A stretch of 64,000 bases of DNA from Methylobacterium sp. EM32 (GCF_040593685.1 NZ_JBEXZS010000136.1:1-64000); one strand, 5' to 3'. Positions 42,552 through 52,193 are shown, numbered from the stretch's first letter. Numbers and translations: made by a program. Notes: generated from the sequence alone by a model not told the origin.

Positions 42552-43981
42552 CCGCGCACCACCGCCTCGGTCTCGGCCTGCGATTTCGGCAGGGCGGCGA
42601 GCTCGGACAGCGCGATCGGCTTCACCGGCGCGCGCAGGCGATAGTAGCCGATCTCCTGCGGCGTCTTCCCCCGCGCCTCGGCCATCAGCTCGGTGACGGT
42701 GAGGCCGCAGAGCCGGCCCTGGCACGGGCCCATGCCGGTGCGGCGATAGGCCTTGAGCTGGTTCGGCCCGGTCGCCCCGATGGCGACCGCCTCGCGGATG
42801 TCGCGGGCGGTGATCTCCTCGCAGCGGCAGACGATCGTGTCGTCGGCGGGGATGCGGAACTGCTTGCCTGGCCGGAACAGCAGGTCGAGGAACGGCCGGC
42901 CGCGCTCGGCCCGGACGAGTTCGGCCCGCACGCTCGCCGCCGATTCGATTTTGGAGAGGGCTGCCGGCGCCAGGGCCTCGACGGCCGCCAAAGCCGCGAG
43001 CCGGCCGCGCAGCGCCGCGGCCTCCGCGCCACCGATTCCGGCGCCGTCGCCCGCCACCGCGATCCCCTCGACCGAGGTCGCGCCGTCCTTCCCCAGCACC
43101 GGCAGCCAGGCGAGCTGGACGTCGTCCCAGGCATGCTCGACGCCCGCCGCCATGGCGAGGTTGACGTTCGGCACCACGCCGTGGTGCAGGAGGAGCAGCG
43201 AGGCCGGCAGGGTCTCCTCTCGCGCACCCACCTTGTAGGTGACGCTGGTAAGCCTCCCCTCGCCTCGCGCGGCCAACTCCGTGACGCCGGAGACGACCTT
43301 CACCTTCGCGCGCACCTCGCGCATCAGCGCGAGACCTTTCCGGAAATACGGCGAGGTCGCGAAGGCGAGCGCGTGCGGCATGGCGCCGACGACGTTCCGC
43401 CGGTCGGTGGTGTCGAGGATCCGGTCGATCCGGCCGCCGAGGCGCAGGATCTGCGCCGAGAGGAGCCAGAGCAGCGGCCCTTGGCCCGCGATCACCGTCG
43501 CCTCGTCCGGCACCAGGCCGGACGATTTCAGCATCGTCTGCGCCGCGCCGGCGGTCATCACGCCGGGCAGCGTCCAGCCCGGGATCGGGAACGGGCGCTC
43601 CAGTGCGCCGGTCGCCAGGATCACCCGCCGCGCGCTCACGAAGGCCGAGCCGCCGCCGACCGAGACGCCGATCTCGAGCGCCTTGTCGAGGCTCCAGACC
43701 GTGGCGCGGTGGATCACCTCGGCGCTGCCCGCGCGCAGGGCCCGGACCCATTCCTCGCCGCTCCAGAAATCGGACCCGAGCTGTTTCCGATCCGCGAGCG
43801 GCGTCGAGGTGATGGCGCGCCAGACCTGGCCGCCGGGGCCGGCATTCTCGTCGAGGAGCAGGACCGTGAGGCCGGCCTTGGCGGCGGTGGCGGCGGCGGC
43901 GAGGCCCGCGGGGCCGGCGCCGATCACCACGACGTCGTAGGCGTCGCGGAGAGGTCCCTTGATCGTCGGTGCGCTGGTCAT
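42548..43981 (-). CDS. FAD/NAD(P)-binding pyridine-nucleotide-disulfide-type oxidoreductase (HcnB/opine-oxidase subunit A-like)
   Basis: Start MTSAPTIKG...YDVVVIGAGPAGLAAA. It has a BFD-like [2Fe-2S] segment CRCEEITARDI...GPCQGRLCG. ATGA overlap with the upstream ferredoxin gene. Confidence 0.8.
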   Translation of the reverse strand: MTSAPTIKGPLRDAYDVVVIGAGPAGLAAAATAAKAGLTVLLLDENAGPGGQVWRAITSTPLADRKQLGSDFWSGEEWVRALRAGSAEVIHRATVWSLDKALEIGVSVGGGSAFVSARRVILATGALERPFPIPGWTLPGVMTAGAAQTMLKSSGLVPDEATVIAGQGPLLWLLSAQILRLGGRIDRILDTTDRRNVVGAMPHALAFATSPYFRKGLALMREVRAKVKVVSGVTELAARGEGRLTSVTYKVGAREETLPASLLLLHHGVVPNVNLAMAAGVEHAWDDVQLAWLPVLGKDGATSVEGIAVAGDGAGIGGAEAAALRGRLAALAAVEALAPAALSKIESAASVRAELVRAERGRPFLDLLFRPGKQFRIPADDTIVCRCEEITARDIREAVAIGATGPNQLKAYRRTGMGPCQGRLCGLTVTELMAEARGKTPQEIGYYRLRAPVKPIALSELAALPKSQAETEAVVRG

Positions 43982-44274
43982 CGGCCGATCTCCCGCTTGC
44001 CCTTCTGGATCTCGATGCGCATGCCGTCTTCCACCGGCACGAGGCAGCCCTGGCGGTTGCCGACCCCGTCGATGGTGACGAGGCAGTCGAAGCACACCCC
44101 CATCATGCAGTAGGGCAGCCGCGGCGCCCCACTGACCGCGGTGAGCCGGCGCACGTCGCGGCCGGAGGCGAGCAGAGCGGCCGACACGGTGTCGCCCGCC
44201 CGCGCCTCGACGGTCGCGCCCTCGACGAGGATGCGGACGATCGGTCTGGTGTCGTGGTCGGATCGCTTGAACAT
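43978..44274 (-). CDS. Small [2Fe-2S]-binding subunit (HcnA/sarcosine-oxidase-like ferredoxin)
   Basis: 98 aa with cysteine cluster PYCMMGVCFDCLV. It is the first gene of a three-subunit HcnABC-like arrangement. Confidence 0.75.
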   Translation of the reverse strand: MFKRSDHDTRPIVRILVEGATVEARAGDTVSAALLASGRDVRRLTAVSGAPRLPYCMMGVCFDCLVTIDGVGNRQGCLVPVEDGMRIEIQKGKREIGR

Positions 44275-44338
44275 GGGCGTCTCCGGGCCCGGGGCCCTCG
44301 TGGTATCTCGGTGGTTGTCGGGGTGGCTGACGGTACTG

Positions 44339-44500
44339 CCACCCTCCGCGTCATTCCGGGGCCGCGCAGCGGAGCCCGGAATCCAGAGCCGCGGATGTTT
44401 CCAGAAGGGGCGGATAGCGTTCCGCTCGATTCTCTCGGAACTGAGGTTCTGGATCCCGGGCTCTCGCCTGCGGCGAGCCCCGGGATGACCCTGTGGGGTG
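44339..44500. mobile_element. MITE-like element copy B (TIRs ccaccctccgcgtcattccgggg / ccccgggatgaccctgtggggtgg)
   Basis: Same family and orientation as 40854-41012. Together they bracket the HcnABC-like/RidA operon. Confidence 0.6.
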
Positions 44501-44545
44501 GGAGCCGTCGCGGCCGACGACTGTCGCTCGTGCTGAAAACAGCTC

Positions 44546-45685
44546 TCAATAATACCCGCTGCCGGTCTTCGCCTCGGCGGCCTCGAACCGCTTCGCCGTG
44601 AACGCCCCGACCAACTCCTCCTCCAGGCGGCCCCCCGCCACCATCCGGGCGATCTCGAAGGCGTGGTTGGAGGCGAGCGTCACGCCCGAGTGGCAGCAGG
44701 CGACGAAGGCGCCGGGATGGGTATCCGACTGGTCGTAGATCGGGAAACCGTCCCGCGGCATCACCCGGATGCCGGACCAGCTGCGCACCACGTTGAGCCG
44801 GGCGAGATGCGGGAAGGTGCGCTGGGCCCGGTCGGCCATCACGGCGTTGATGCCCTGGCGCATGGAGCGGTCGTCGAGCACGTCCTCCTTGCTGTCGCCG
44901 ATCATCACCGTGCCCTCGTCGGTCTGGCGCAGGGTCGAGAGCGGGTGGGGCAGGAAGGGTTGCGTGCGCTCGGTGACGACGATCTGGCCGCGGGTCGGAC
45001 CCATCGGCGCCGAGAGGCCGACCATCGGGGCGAGCGCCTGGTTGGCGTTGCCGGCGGCGAGCACCACCTTGGCGGCGCGGACCTCGCCGGCGGGAGTCGT
45101 CAGACGGAACTCGTCCCCCTCGCGGGTGATGGCAGAGACCGGCCGCTCGGGCAGGTAATCGACGCCGAAGCTTTTGAGCCCGGCGTGGAAGGCCCGGTAG
45201 GTGCGCAGCGAGTTCACGTGGCCGTCGAGCGGGCAGTAGCTGCCGCCGGAGACCTCGGGGCCGATGCCCGGCAGGGTCCGCTCGACCTCCGCCCGGGAGA
45301 CCATCGCCATCTCGTAATCGGCAGCGCCGATCTGGTTGTGCATCCGGGCGACGAGGTCGGCGCGGCGGTCGTACTCGTCCGCGCCGAGCGTGAGGTGGAA
45401 GCCGCCGTTCTGCTGCAGCGCGACGTCGAGCCCGGTCTGCTCGCGAAGGGCTGACGCAAGCTGCGCCCAGCTCTTCGCCGCGCGCACGGTCCAGCCGGTA
45501 TAGGCCGGCATCCCGAGGCCCTTGCTCTGCACCCAGACGAGGGCGAAGTTCGCCCGCGAGGCGCGCTTGGTGATGTCGCCCTCGTCGAGGACGGCCACCC
45601 GTTGCCCGAGCCGGCCGAGGCCCCAGGCGATGGCCGAGCCGAGCAGGCCGCCGCCGACGACGGCGACGTCGTAGTCCTTGGACAT
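44546..45685 (-). CDS. FAD-dependent oxidoreductase, DAO/DadA family (possible amine or gamma-glutamyl-amine oxidase)
   Basis: Start MSKDYDVAVVGGGLLGSAIAW with SD AGGAG. It is the last gene of the Pot-type transporter operon. The 668-aa ORF is a read-through artefact. Confidence 0.8.
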   Translation of the reverse strand: MSKDYDVAVVGGGLLGSAIAWGLGRLGQRVAVLDEGDITKRASRANFALVWVQSKGLGMPAYTGWTVRAAKSWAQLASALREQTGLDVALQQNGGFHLTLGADEYDRRADLVARMHNQIGAADYEMAMVSRAEVERTLPGIGPEVSGGSYCPLDGHVNSLRTYRAFHAGLKSFGVDYLPERPVSAITREGDEFRLTTPAGEVRAAKVVLAAGNANQALAPMVGLSAPMGPTRGQIVVTERTQPFLPHPLSTLRQTDEGTVMIGDSKEDVLDDRSMRQGINAVMADRAQRTFPHLARLNVVRSWSGIRVMPRDGFPIYDQSDTHPGAFVACCHSGVTLASNHAFEIARMVAGGRLEEELVGAFTAKRFEAAEAKTGSGYY

Positions 45686-45714
45686 GTGAACTCCTGTGCG
45701 CCGGCGCTGGCTCT

Positions 45715-46515
45715 TTAGTGGCTGCCCTTGCCCGCGAGCACGCGGTCGAGGCCGTAGAGCCGGTCGAGGATGGCGAGACAGACCATGGTGACGGCGATCA
45801 CGCAGGCCGAGACCGAGGTCACCAGCGGGTCGATGTTGTCCTGGATGTAGAGGAACATGCGCACCGGCAGCGTCTCGGTGCCGGGCGCGGCGAGGAAGAC
45901 CGTCATGGTCAGGTCGTCGAAGGACTGGATGAAGGCGAGCGCCCAGCCGCTCACCACCCCGGGCAGGATCAGCGGCAGCGTCACCCGGCGAAACAGCGTG
46001 AACCCGCCGGCCCCGAGCGACACCGCCGCCCGCTCCACCGACGGATCGAGCCCGGCGGCAGCCGCCAGCGTCAGCCGGAACGCGAACGGGAACACCACGA
46101 CGATGTGGGCGGCGAGCAGCGCCAGGAAGGTGCCGCCGAGGCCGAGCGCCGTGAAGAAGCGCAGGAAGGCGACGCCGAGCACCACGTGCGGGATCATCAG
46201 CGGCGAAAGGAACAGGGCCTGGAGCGCGCTGCGGCCCGGCACCGGATAACGGGTGAGCGCGAGCGCCGCCGGCACCGCGAAGAGGAGCGCGATGAATGAG
46301 GACAGCGCGCCGAGCCCGAGGCTGACCCAGAAGGCGTGGACGAATTCGGGGTAGTCCGCGATCGCCCGGAACCAGCGCAGCGAGAACCCGTTCGTCGGCA
46401 GCGAGAGGAACCCCTCCGGCGTGAAGGCGACGAGGCAGACGACGACGATCGGCGCCAGCATGAAGGTCACGAACAGGCCGTGGAAGGCGAGCGCGAGGGG
46501 GCCGTTGCGGCTCAT
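45715..46515 (-). CDS. ABC transporter permease (PotC/PotI-like)
   Basis: Start MSRNGPLALAF. Multi-TM, with the EAA-like loop of binding-protein-dependent permeases. ATGA overlap with the upstream permease. Confidence 0.85.
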   Translation of the reverse strand: MSRNGPLALAFHGLFVTFMLAPIVVVCLVAFTPEGFLSLPTNGFSLRWFRAIADYPEFVHAFWVSLGLGALSSFIALLFAVPAALALTRYPVPGRSALQALFLSPLMIPHVVLGVAFLRFFTALGLGGTFLALLAAHIVVVFPFAFRLTLAAAAGLDPSVERAAVSLGAGGFTLFRRVTLPLILPGVVSGWALAFIQSFDDLTMTVFLAAPGTETLPVRMFLYIQDNIDPLVTSVSACVIAVTMVCLAILDRLYGLDRVLAGKGSH

Positions 46516-47426
46516 TTGAAGACCTCCGCGTAGCGCCGCTCGACCAGCGCATTGGCGCCGACGACGATCAGCACGAGGCCGACCAGCAGCAGCACCGCCA
46601 CCGCGGCGCCGAGCGGCCAGTTCAGCGTGTTGAGGAACTCGTCGTAGGCGAGCGTCGCCGCAACCTTGAGCCGGCGCCCGCCGATGATCGCCGGGGTGGC
46701 GAAAGCGCTCGCCGAGAGCGAGAACACGATGATCGCGCCCGACAGCACGCCCGGCATGATCTGCGGCAGGACGATGCGGCGGATGATGGTGACGGGACCG
46801 GCACCGAGCGACATCGCCGCGTGCTCGACCTGAGGGTCGAGGCGCTGCAGCGCGGCCCAGACCGACAGCACCATGAACGGCATCATCACGTGGACGAGCG
46901 CGATGACCACGCCGGTCTCGGTGAACAGGAACGGCAGCGGCGAGGAGATCAGGCCGAGCGACATCAGCAGCTTGTTGGCGAGCCCGTTCGAGCCGCCGAA
47001 CAGGAGCGCCCAGCCGAGGGTGCGCGCCACGACCGAGATGAGGAGCGGCCCGAGGATCAGCAGCAGGAAGATGCCGCGCCAGCGCCCGCTCATCCGGTTG
47101 AGGATGTAGGCCTCCGGCGCGCCCAGCAGAGCCGTGAAAAGGGTGGTGATCAGCGCGATGCGGAGCGTGCGCGCGAACATCTCGGCGTAGTACGGGTCGG
47201 TCGCGACCTCCTGCCAGTTCTTCAGGATCAGGACCGGCTCGATGCCCTTGTACTGGCCCCAATCGTGGAACGAGAGCAGCACCGTCATCGCCAGCGGCAC
47301 CAGCACGATGCCGACGAACAGCAGCACGGCCGGCAGGATCAGCCAGAGCGGCGCGCGGCTGGCGCGGGGCTCCGGGGCCGTCGTCGATGGGGCGGTGGGA
47401 AGGGTCGTGGTCGCGGTGGCGTTCAC
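46512..47426 (-). CDS. ABC transporter permease (PotB/PotH-like)
   Basis: 304 aa, six predicted TM helices, BPD-transport signature region. It overlaps the ATPase gene by 4 bp. Confidence 0.85.
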   Translation of the reverse strand: MNATATTTLPTAPSTTAPEPRASRAPLWLILPAVLLFVGIVLVPLAMTVLLSFHDWGQYKGIEPVLILKNWQEVATDPYYAEMFARTLRIALITTLFTALLGAPEAYILNRMSGRWRGIFLLLILGPLLISVVARTLGWALLFGGSNGLANKLLMSLGLISSPLPFLFTETGVVIALVHVMMPFMVLSVWAALQRLDPQVEHAAMSLGAGPVTIIRRIVLPQIMPGVLSGAIIVFSLSASAFATPAIIGGRRLKVAATLAYDEFLNTLNWPLGAAVAVLLLVGLVLIVVGANALVERRYAEVFK

Positions 47427-48484
47427 GCGGCGGCTCCGGCGCGCAGGCTCATGTCCTCGGGACGCCAGGCGAGGCGCACCGCCTCGCCCTCGCCGGGCTG
47501 GGCGAGGCCGTCATTGGGGCGCACCACGATCGCAGGGCCGCACTCGGTCTCGCATTGGAAGAGCCAGTGGTTGCCCTGGAAGATGCGGGCGGACACCCGT
47601 CCCGGCAGGCCGGTCTCCGAGAATCCGATCCGCTCCGGGCGGACGCTGATCGTCACCGGGCCGCGCAGGCCCACGGGCGCCGGCGCGCTCCAGCCGCCGG
47701 CGACGATCCGGGCGGGCGACGCGCCCTCGATCCGGGCGGAGAAGTCGTTGGTCTTGCCGAGGAACTGGGCGACGAAAGCGGAGCTAGGTCGCTCGTAGGT
47801 GTCCTGCGGCGTGCCGATCTGCTCGATGCGGCCCTTGCTCATCACGACGATCCGGTCGGAGAGCGACAAGGCCTCGGTCTGGTCGTGGGTGACGAGAATC
47901 GTGGTGGTGCCGAGGTTGCGCTGAATCTGGCGCAGCTCGATCTGCATCTCCTCGCGCAGCTTGGCGTCGAGATTCGACAGCGGCTCGTCGAGGAGCAGCA
48001 CGCTCGGGCGGATGACGAGGGCGCGGGCGAGCGCCACCCGCTGCTGCTGGCCGCCGGACATCCGGCGCGGATGCCGGTCCTCGTAGCCGGCGAGGCCCAC
48101 CATCGCCAGCGCCGCCCGGACCCGCTCGGTGCGCTCCGCCTTGCCGATGCGCTGCATCTCGAGGCCGAAGGCGACGTTCTCGGCGGCCGTCATGTGCGGG
48201 AAGAGCGCGTAGCTCTGGAAGACGATGCCGAGGCCGCGCTTCGCGGGATGGACCTGCGTCAGGTCGCGGCCCTCCAGGCGAATCGTGCCGCGGGAGGGCG
48301 CCAGGAAGCCGGCGATCATCTGCAGCGTCGTGGTCTTGCCGCAGCCCGACGGGCCGAGGAACGAGACGAACTCGCCGGGCGCCACCGCGAGGTTGAAATC
48401 CTCGACCGCGACGTGACTGCCGAAGGCCTTGGCGACGTGCTCGAGCTCGAGGAGCGGCGCGGCGGAGCGGGGATTCGAGGTCAT
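47423..48484 (-). CDS. ABC transporter ATP-binding protein (PotA/PotG-like) with C-terminal TOBE-type regulatory domain
   Basis: The real start is ATG 48484 (MTSNPRSAAPLLELEHV). Walker A GPSGCGKTT, signature LSGGQQQRVALARAL, Walker B LLLDEP. Confidence 0.85.
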   Translation of the reverse strand: MTSNPRSAAPLLELEHVAKAFGSHVAVEDFNLAVAPGEFVSFLGPSGCGKTTTLQMIAGFLAPSRGTIRLEGRDLTQVHPAKRGLGIVFQSYALFPHMTAAENVAFGLEMQRIGKAERTERVRAALAMVGLAGYEDRHPRRMSGGQQQRVALARALVIRPSVLLLDEPLSNLDAKLREEMQIELRQIQRNLGTTTILVTHDQTEALSLSDRIVVMSKGRIEQIGTPQDTYERPSSAFVAQFLGKTNDFSARIEGASPARIVAGGWSAPAPVGLRGPVTISVRPERIGFSETGLPGRVSARIFQGNHWLFQCETECGPAIVVRPNDGLAQPGEGEAVRLAWRPEDMSLRAGAAA

Positions 48485-48526
48485 GCGTAGATCCGGGGCT
48501 GTCCGGGGGAAGAAGAGGCGCGGCCC

Positions 48527-48696
48527 CCCCCCTCTCCCGTGTGGGAGAGGGGCCGGGGGTGAGGGTGACACGCTTCAGTGTGAAGCTCAGACCATCGTGC
48601 TGGCAGCTCGACGCTAAGTGCCGGACTTAGAACCGTAGCACCCTCGCGCGATCTTCGATCGCCCCTACCCCTCTCCCACACGGGAGAGGGGATCCC
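48527..48696. repeat. REP/MITE-like palindromic element, copy 2, inverted relative to copy 1
   Basis: Terminal hairpins cccctctcccgtgtgggagagggg and cccctctcccacacgggagagggg. Its internal segment is the reverse complement of 14660-14755. It lies between the SBP and ATPase genes inside the operon. Confidence 0.7.
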
Positions 48697-48740
48697 GCGA
48701 TTTATTCGACAATATTTGCGTATTACGGATCCCGGCCGAC

Positions 48741-49778
48741 CTACCGCTCGACCTCCCGATTCCACCTCTTCGTCCACTCCTCGCGCTTCTCGTTCACCAC
48801 CGTCCAGTCCGGCGTGTAGAGGGCGGCGGCGCGGGCGCCGACGGGGGCCATCTTGACGATCTCCGGCGGCACCTCGACGGTCTTCACCACCGGGCCGTAG
48901 CCGTATTCCTTCAGCATCGTCAGCTGCACCTTGGGATCGAGCAGCGCCTTGATGAAGGCGTTGGCGAGTGGCGACCCCTTCGGCTTGGCGATCGGGCAGG
49001 CGGCGGTGAGGAGCGCCACCGCGCCCTCCTTCGGATAGACGAAATCGACCGGGAAGCCGGTATTGGCCAAGCCCTGCACCCGGCCGGTGCCCCAGACCGC
49101 GATCACCGCCTGGCCGGACTGGAACAGCTCGGTCATCTTGCCGGGCGACGGCTCGTAGGCCAGCACGTTCGGGTTGATCTCGGACTTGAAGATCTTGAAC
49201 GCCGCATCGACGTTCTTCTCGCTGCCGCCGTTCATCTTCGCCAGCATCACCAGGACGTTGAGCCCGTAGGTGTTGTTGATCGGCGGGATGACGAGCTTCT
49301 GGCGATATTTCGGGTCCTTGAGGTCGTTCCAGGAGGTCGGCGGCGCCCAGCCCTTCTCTGCAAAGACCTTGGTGTTGTACATGAGCCCGGTGGCGACGAG
49401 GCCGGTCGCCACCGCCTTGTCGTCGGTGAAGCGGGCGAGGTCGTAGAGGTCGCCGGTCGGCACGCCCTCGATCTTGTCGCAGAATCCGAGCTGGATCGCC
49501 TGGTACATCGGGCCGTCATCGACGATCGCGACGTCGATCTGCTGGTTGCCCTTCTGCGCCTGGAGCTTCGCCAGCGTGTCGGTGGAGTTGCCGGCGACGT
49601 ACTCGACCTTGACGTTGTTGGCCTTCTCGAAGGCCGGGATCACCTCGGTGCGGATCGTCTTCTCGAACGAACCGCCGTAGCCGGCGACGTAGAGCGTCGT
49701 CTGCTGCGCCGCTGCGGGAGCGAGCGAGGTCGCCAGGGCCGTGAGGCCGAGGGCGGTCAGGAGGCCGAGCTGCTTCAC
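48741..49778 (-). CDS. Periplasmic polyamine/opine-type substrate-binding protein (PotD/PotF family)
   Basis: The likely start is GTG 49778 (VKQLGLLTALGLTALATSLAPAAAQ signal peptide) with SD AGGAGA. PBP2-fold family 1 SBP. Confidence 0.8.
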   Translation of the reverse strand: MKQLGLLTALGLTALATSLAPAAAQQTTLYVAGYGGSFEKTIRTEVIPAFEKANNVKVEYVAGNSTDTLAKLQAQKGNQQIDVAIVDDGPMYQAIQLGFCDKIEGVPTGDLYDLARFTDDKAVATGLVATGLMYNTKVFAEKGWAPPTSWNDLKDPKYRQKLVIPPINNTYGLNVLVMLAKMNGGSEKNVDAAFKIFKSEINPNVLAYEPSPGKMTELFQSGQAVIAVWGTGRVQGLANTGFPVDFVYPKEGAVALLTAACPIAKPKGSPLANAFIKALLDPKVQLTMLKEYGYGPVVKTVEVPPEIVKMAPVGARAAALYTPDWTVVNEKREEWTKRWNREVER

Positions 49779-49939
49779 CAAGGACCTGTCTCCTCTCGCG
49801 GACGCGATGCGGCACTGCACAAGAATGTTCCATGGCGCGCCGATAGGCAAAAAGGTGCCGGGCCGATCCGCGATCGTCCAATGCGAAATGGCACGCGCTT
49901 CATGTCGAAATGTTATGGTTTGAAACAGGAGGAGGCCGG

Positions 49940-50845
49940 ATGGCACGGATCAACCTGCGGCAGGTCGAGGCCTTCCGCGCCACGATGCTCACCGGCAGCG
50001 TCACCGAGGCCGCCGCCCTGATGGGGGTGACGCAGCCGGCGGTGAGCCGGCTCCTGCGTGACCTCCAGGCGCTCCTCAACATGCCGTTGTTCGAGAAGCG
50101 CGGCACCGGTCTCGTCCCGACCGCCGCTGCGACCGCGCTCTACACGGAAGTCGAGCGCTCCTTCGTCGGGCTGGAGCGGATCGGGGCGGCGGCCGAGGAG
50201 ATCCGCAACCGGCGCACCGGATTCCTGCGGGTCGCGGCGCTGCCGGCGCTCGCCAACGGCTACCTGCCGCGGCTGACCGGGCATTTCCTGAAGGAGCGGC
50301 CGAACCTGAATTTGTCGCTGTTCGGGGTGATCTCGCCGATCGTGGTCGACTGGGTGACGAACAACCAGTGCGACGTCGGCTTCGCCGAGGTGCCGATCGC
50401 CCACGAGGGCGTGCCGAGCCGGCGCCTGCCCGCGGTCGCCCGGGTGGCTGTGCTGCCGGAGGGCCATCGGCTGGCCGAGAAGGCCGTGCTCGGGCCGCGC
50501 GACTTCGAGGGCGAGACCTTCGTGTCGCTCACCGCCGGCTCGACTGGGCGCCACCTCGTCGACCAGGCCTTCCACCGCGACGGGGTGCGGCGGATCCTCA
50601 GGATCGAAACCGCCCTGTCGGAGATCATCTGCGGGCTGGTCTCATCCGGAATCGGCGTGTCGATCTCCGATCCGTTCACGGCGCGGGAATTCGAGGGCCG
50701 CGGGGTGGTTTTGCGCCCCTTCGTACCCCGGATCGAGTTCGAGTTCGCGGCCGTGTTTCCGCCCCAGCGCAGCCCCTCCCCGGTCGCCCTCGACCTCGTC
50801 GCGGCCGTGCGGGATTCGCTCCTGGCGCCGCCCTTCTCGGATTGA
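49940..50845 (+). CDS. LysR-family transcriptional regulator, divergent from the transporter operon
   Basis: Start MARINLRQVEAFRATMLTGSVTEAAALMGVTQPAVSRLLRDLQ (LysR HTH) with SD AGGAGGAGG. The 162-bp divergent intergenic region is the probable operator. Confidence 0.85.
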   Translation: MARINLRQVEAFRATMLTGSVTEAAALMGVTQPAVSRLLRDLQALLNMPLFEKRGTGLVPTAAATALYTEVERSFVGLERIGAAAEEIRNRRTGFLRVAALPALANGYLPRLTGHFLKERPNLNLSLFGVISPIVVDWVTNNQCDVGFAEVPIAHEGVPSRRLPAVARVAVLPEGHRLAEKAVLGPRDFEGETFVSLTAGSTGRHLVDQAFHRDGVRRILRIETALSEIICGLVSSGIGVSISDPFTAREFEGRGVVLRPFVPRIEFEFAAVFPPQRSPSPVALDLVAAVRDSLLAPPFSD

Positions 50846-50867
50846 CGATCGCGCTTCACGCCGCCCC

Positions 50868-52019
50868 TCACGTCAGTCGCCTCCGGCGCATCGCCATGAG
50901 TTCGGTCCCGGTCTGGTACCGGCCTTCACCCGCGAGTCGCACGAGGCGCCGGAAGTAGCCGCCCGGATTGCGGATCCGGTTCTGGCCCGACCGGACGTCG
51001 TCGTCGTGGGTCTGCGCCACGATCAGCACCAGCACCGCCGCCTCGTAGGGGCCGACCACCGCGCAGGCCTCGGCCCAGGCGCTCGGATGCGCGCCGATCG
51101 AGGCCCTCACCTGCCGGCCCGCGTCGAGGATCTCGTGCTCCTCGCGGATCTCGCCGCTCACCAGGTCGCGCACCACAGGGCAGGCCTCGACGACCAGAGC
51201 CGGGGTCGGAGCCGCTCCGGGCCGTTCGGTCGGGCGGGGCGGTTCGGCGATCCCCGACGAGTCCTTGCTCCAAGCCTCGGTAGGAGATCCTTTCTCTGGT
51301 TCTATGTGCGGGCAGGTGTTGCCGTCACAGCCGGCTGCGTAGAAGCGATCCTCCACCATCCGGCGCAGCTCGCCCCAGGCCTCCAGCACGAGGTCGGGAT
51401 CGCCCGCGCCGCGCCGTTCGGGCGTGGTCGCCTCCAGGCTTGTCTGGACTTCGACGAGGTCTGCCACGGTGGTGTTGGGATGGCGCGCATTGAGCGCCTG
51501 CAGCGCCTCCGCCACGGCGCGCCGGTGCATCGTCACGAGATCGAAGGCACGGCGGCGGCGCTCCCGCGCCTCGGCCCGGGCCTGGATCGCCAGCGCCCAG
51601 TCGCCCCGGCGGGCGTAGAGCGGCGTCAGGTCGAAGCCGAAGGCGTCGAGGATCGTCCCGTCGCGGGCGCGGATCGCGTAGCGCTTGCCGTTGGCCGAAT
51701 CCTTCGGCGTGATGATCTCGAGACCCACGAGGTCGCGGATCGCGTAGCGCACGGCGCGCTCCGACAGCCCGGTGCGCGACACCAGGTACTCGTTCGACGG
51801 CCACACGATCAGGCGCGACCAATCCTGCTCGCCCCAGGCGGCGACGAGCTCGGACAGGACCAGCCGGAGGGCCGGACGCAATCCGAGCGCCTTCGCGGCC
51901 TCCCGGGCGGAGGCGGACAATTCCTTGCGCGTGACCGTGCGCCCGTCCTCGAGGGCGCGTCTCTGTCCGGCGAGGGCGGCGCGCGTCAGCGGCCGGCCCC
52001 CGGTCTGAACCATCTCCAC
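50868..52019 (-). CDS. Plasmid-type replication initiator protein (RepA/RepC-like winged-helix initiator)
   Basis: 383 aa with an N-terminal HTH-like region and a C-terminal NPGGYFRRL-containing segment reminiscent of alphaproteobacterial plasmid initiators. The assignment is by resemblance only. Confidence 0.5.
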   Translation of the reverse strand: MEMVQTGGRPLTRAALAGQRRALEDGRTVTRKELSASAREAAKALGLRPALRLVLSELVAAWGEQDWSRLIVWPSNEYLVSRTGLSERAVRYAIRDLVGLEIITPKDSANGKRYAIRARDGTILDAFGFDLTPLYARRGDWALAIQARAEARERRRRAFDLVTMHRRAVAEALQALNARHPNTTVADLVEVQTSLEATTPERRGAGDPDLVLEAWGELRRMVEDRFYAAGCDGNTCPHIEPEKGSPTEAWSKDSSGIAEPPRPTERPGAAPTPALVVEACPVVRDLVSGEIREEHEILDAGRQVRASIGAHPSAWAEACAVVGPYEAAVLVLIVAQTHDDDVRSGQNRIRNPGGYFRRLVRLAGEGRYQTGTELMAMRRRRLT

Positions 52020-52158
52020 TCCACACCTCCTTGGACGGAGGCAAAGCGGGACCGTTCGCCCGAGAGGGCGTCATTGACGAGAAGGTCGGGAACCGCTAGA
52101 AGGAGGATGCCAATCCGGTCTTCAAGCGGCGGCTTCCCCAGCCCCCGTTATGAGATCC

Positions 52159-52193
52159 CAAAAAGCGCCGAGGTCCCCACCTCGGCGCTTTTT
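52159..52193. terminator. Bidirectional rho-independent terminator
   Basis: aaaaagcgccgaggt-cccc-acctcggcgctttttt is a 10-bp GC stem with a 4-nt loop, flanked by A-run and T-run. It sits 3' of the RHH gene. Confidence 0.7.

Noticed and set aside
41439-46552. Large composite ORFs 41439-43751 (770 aa), 41074-42312 (412 aa), 44546-46552 (668 aa), 45715-47262 (515 aa) and 47423-48571 (382 aa)
   Set aside because: Each is a real gene extended upstream through a 4-bp-overlapping neighbour by alternative start codons. I split them at internal ATG/GTG starts that have SD sequences and N-terminal motifs (GxGxxG, MCGIV-type, signal peptides).
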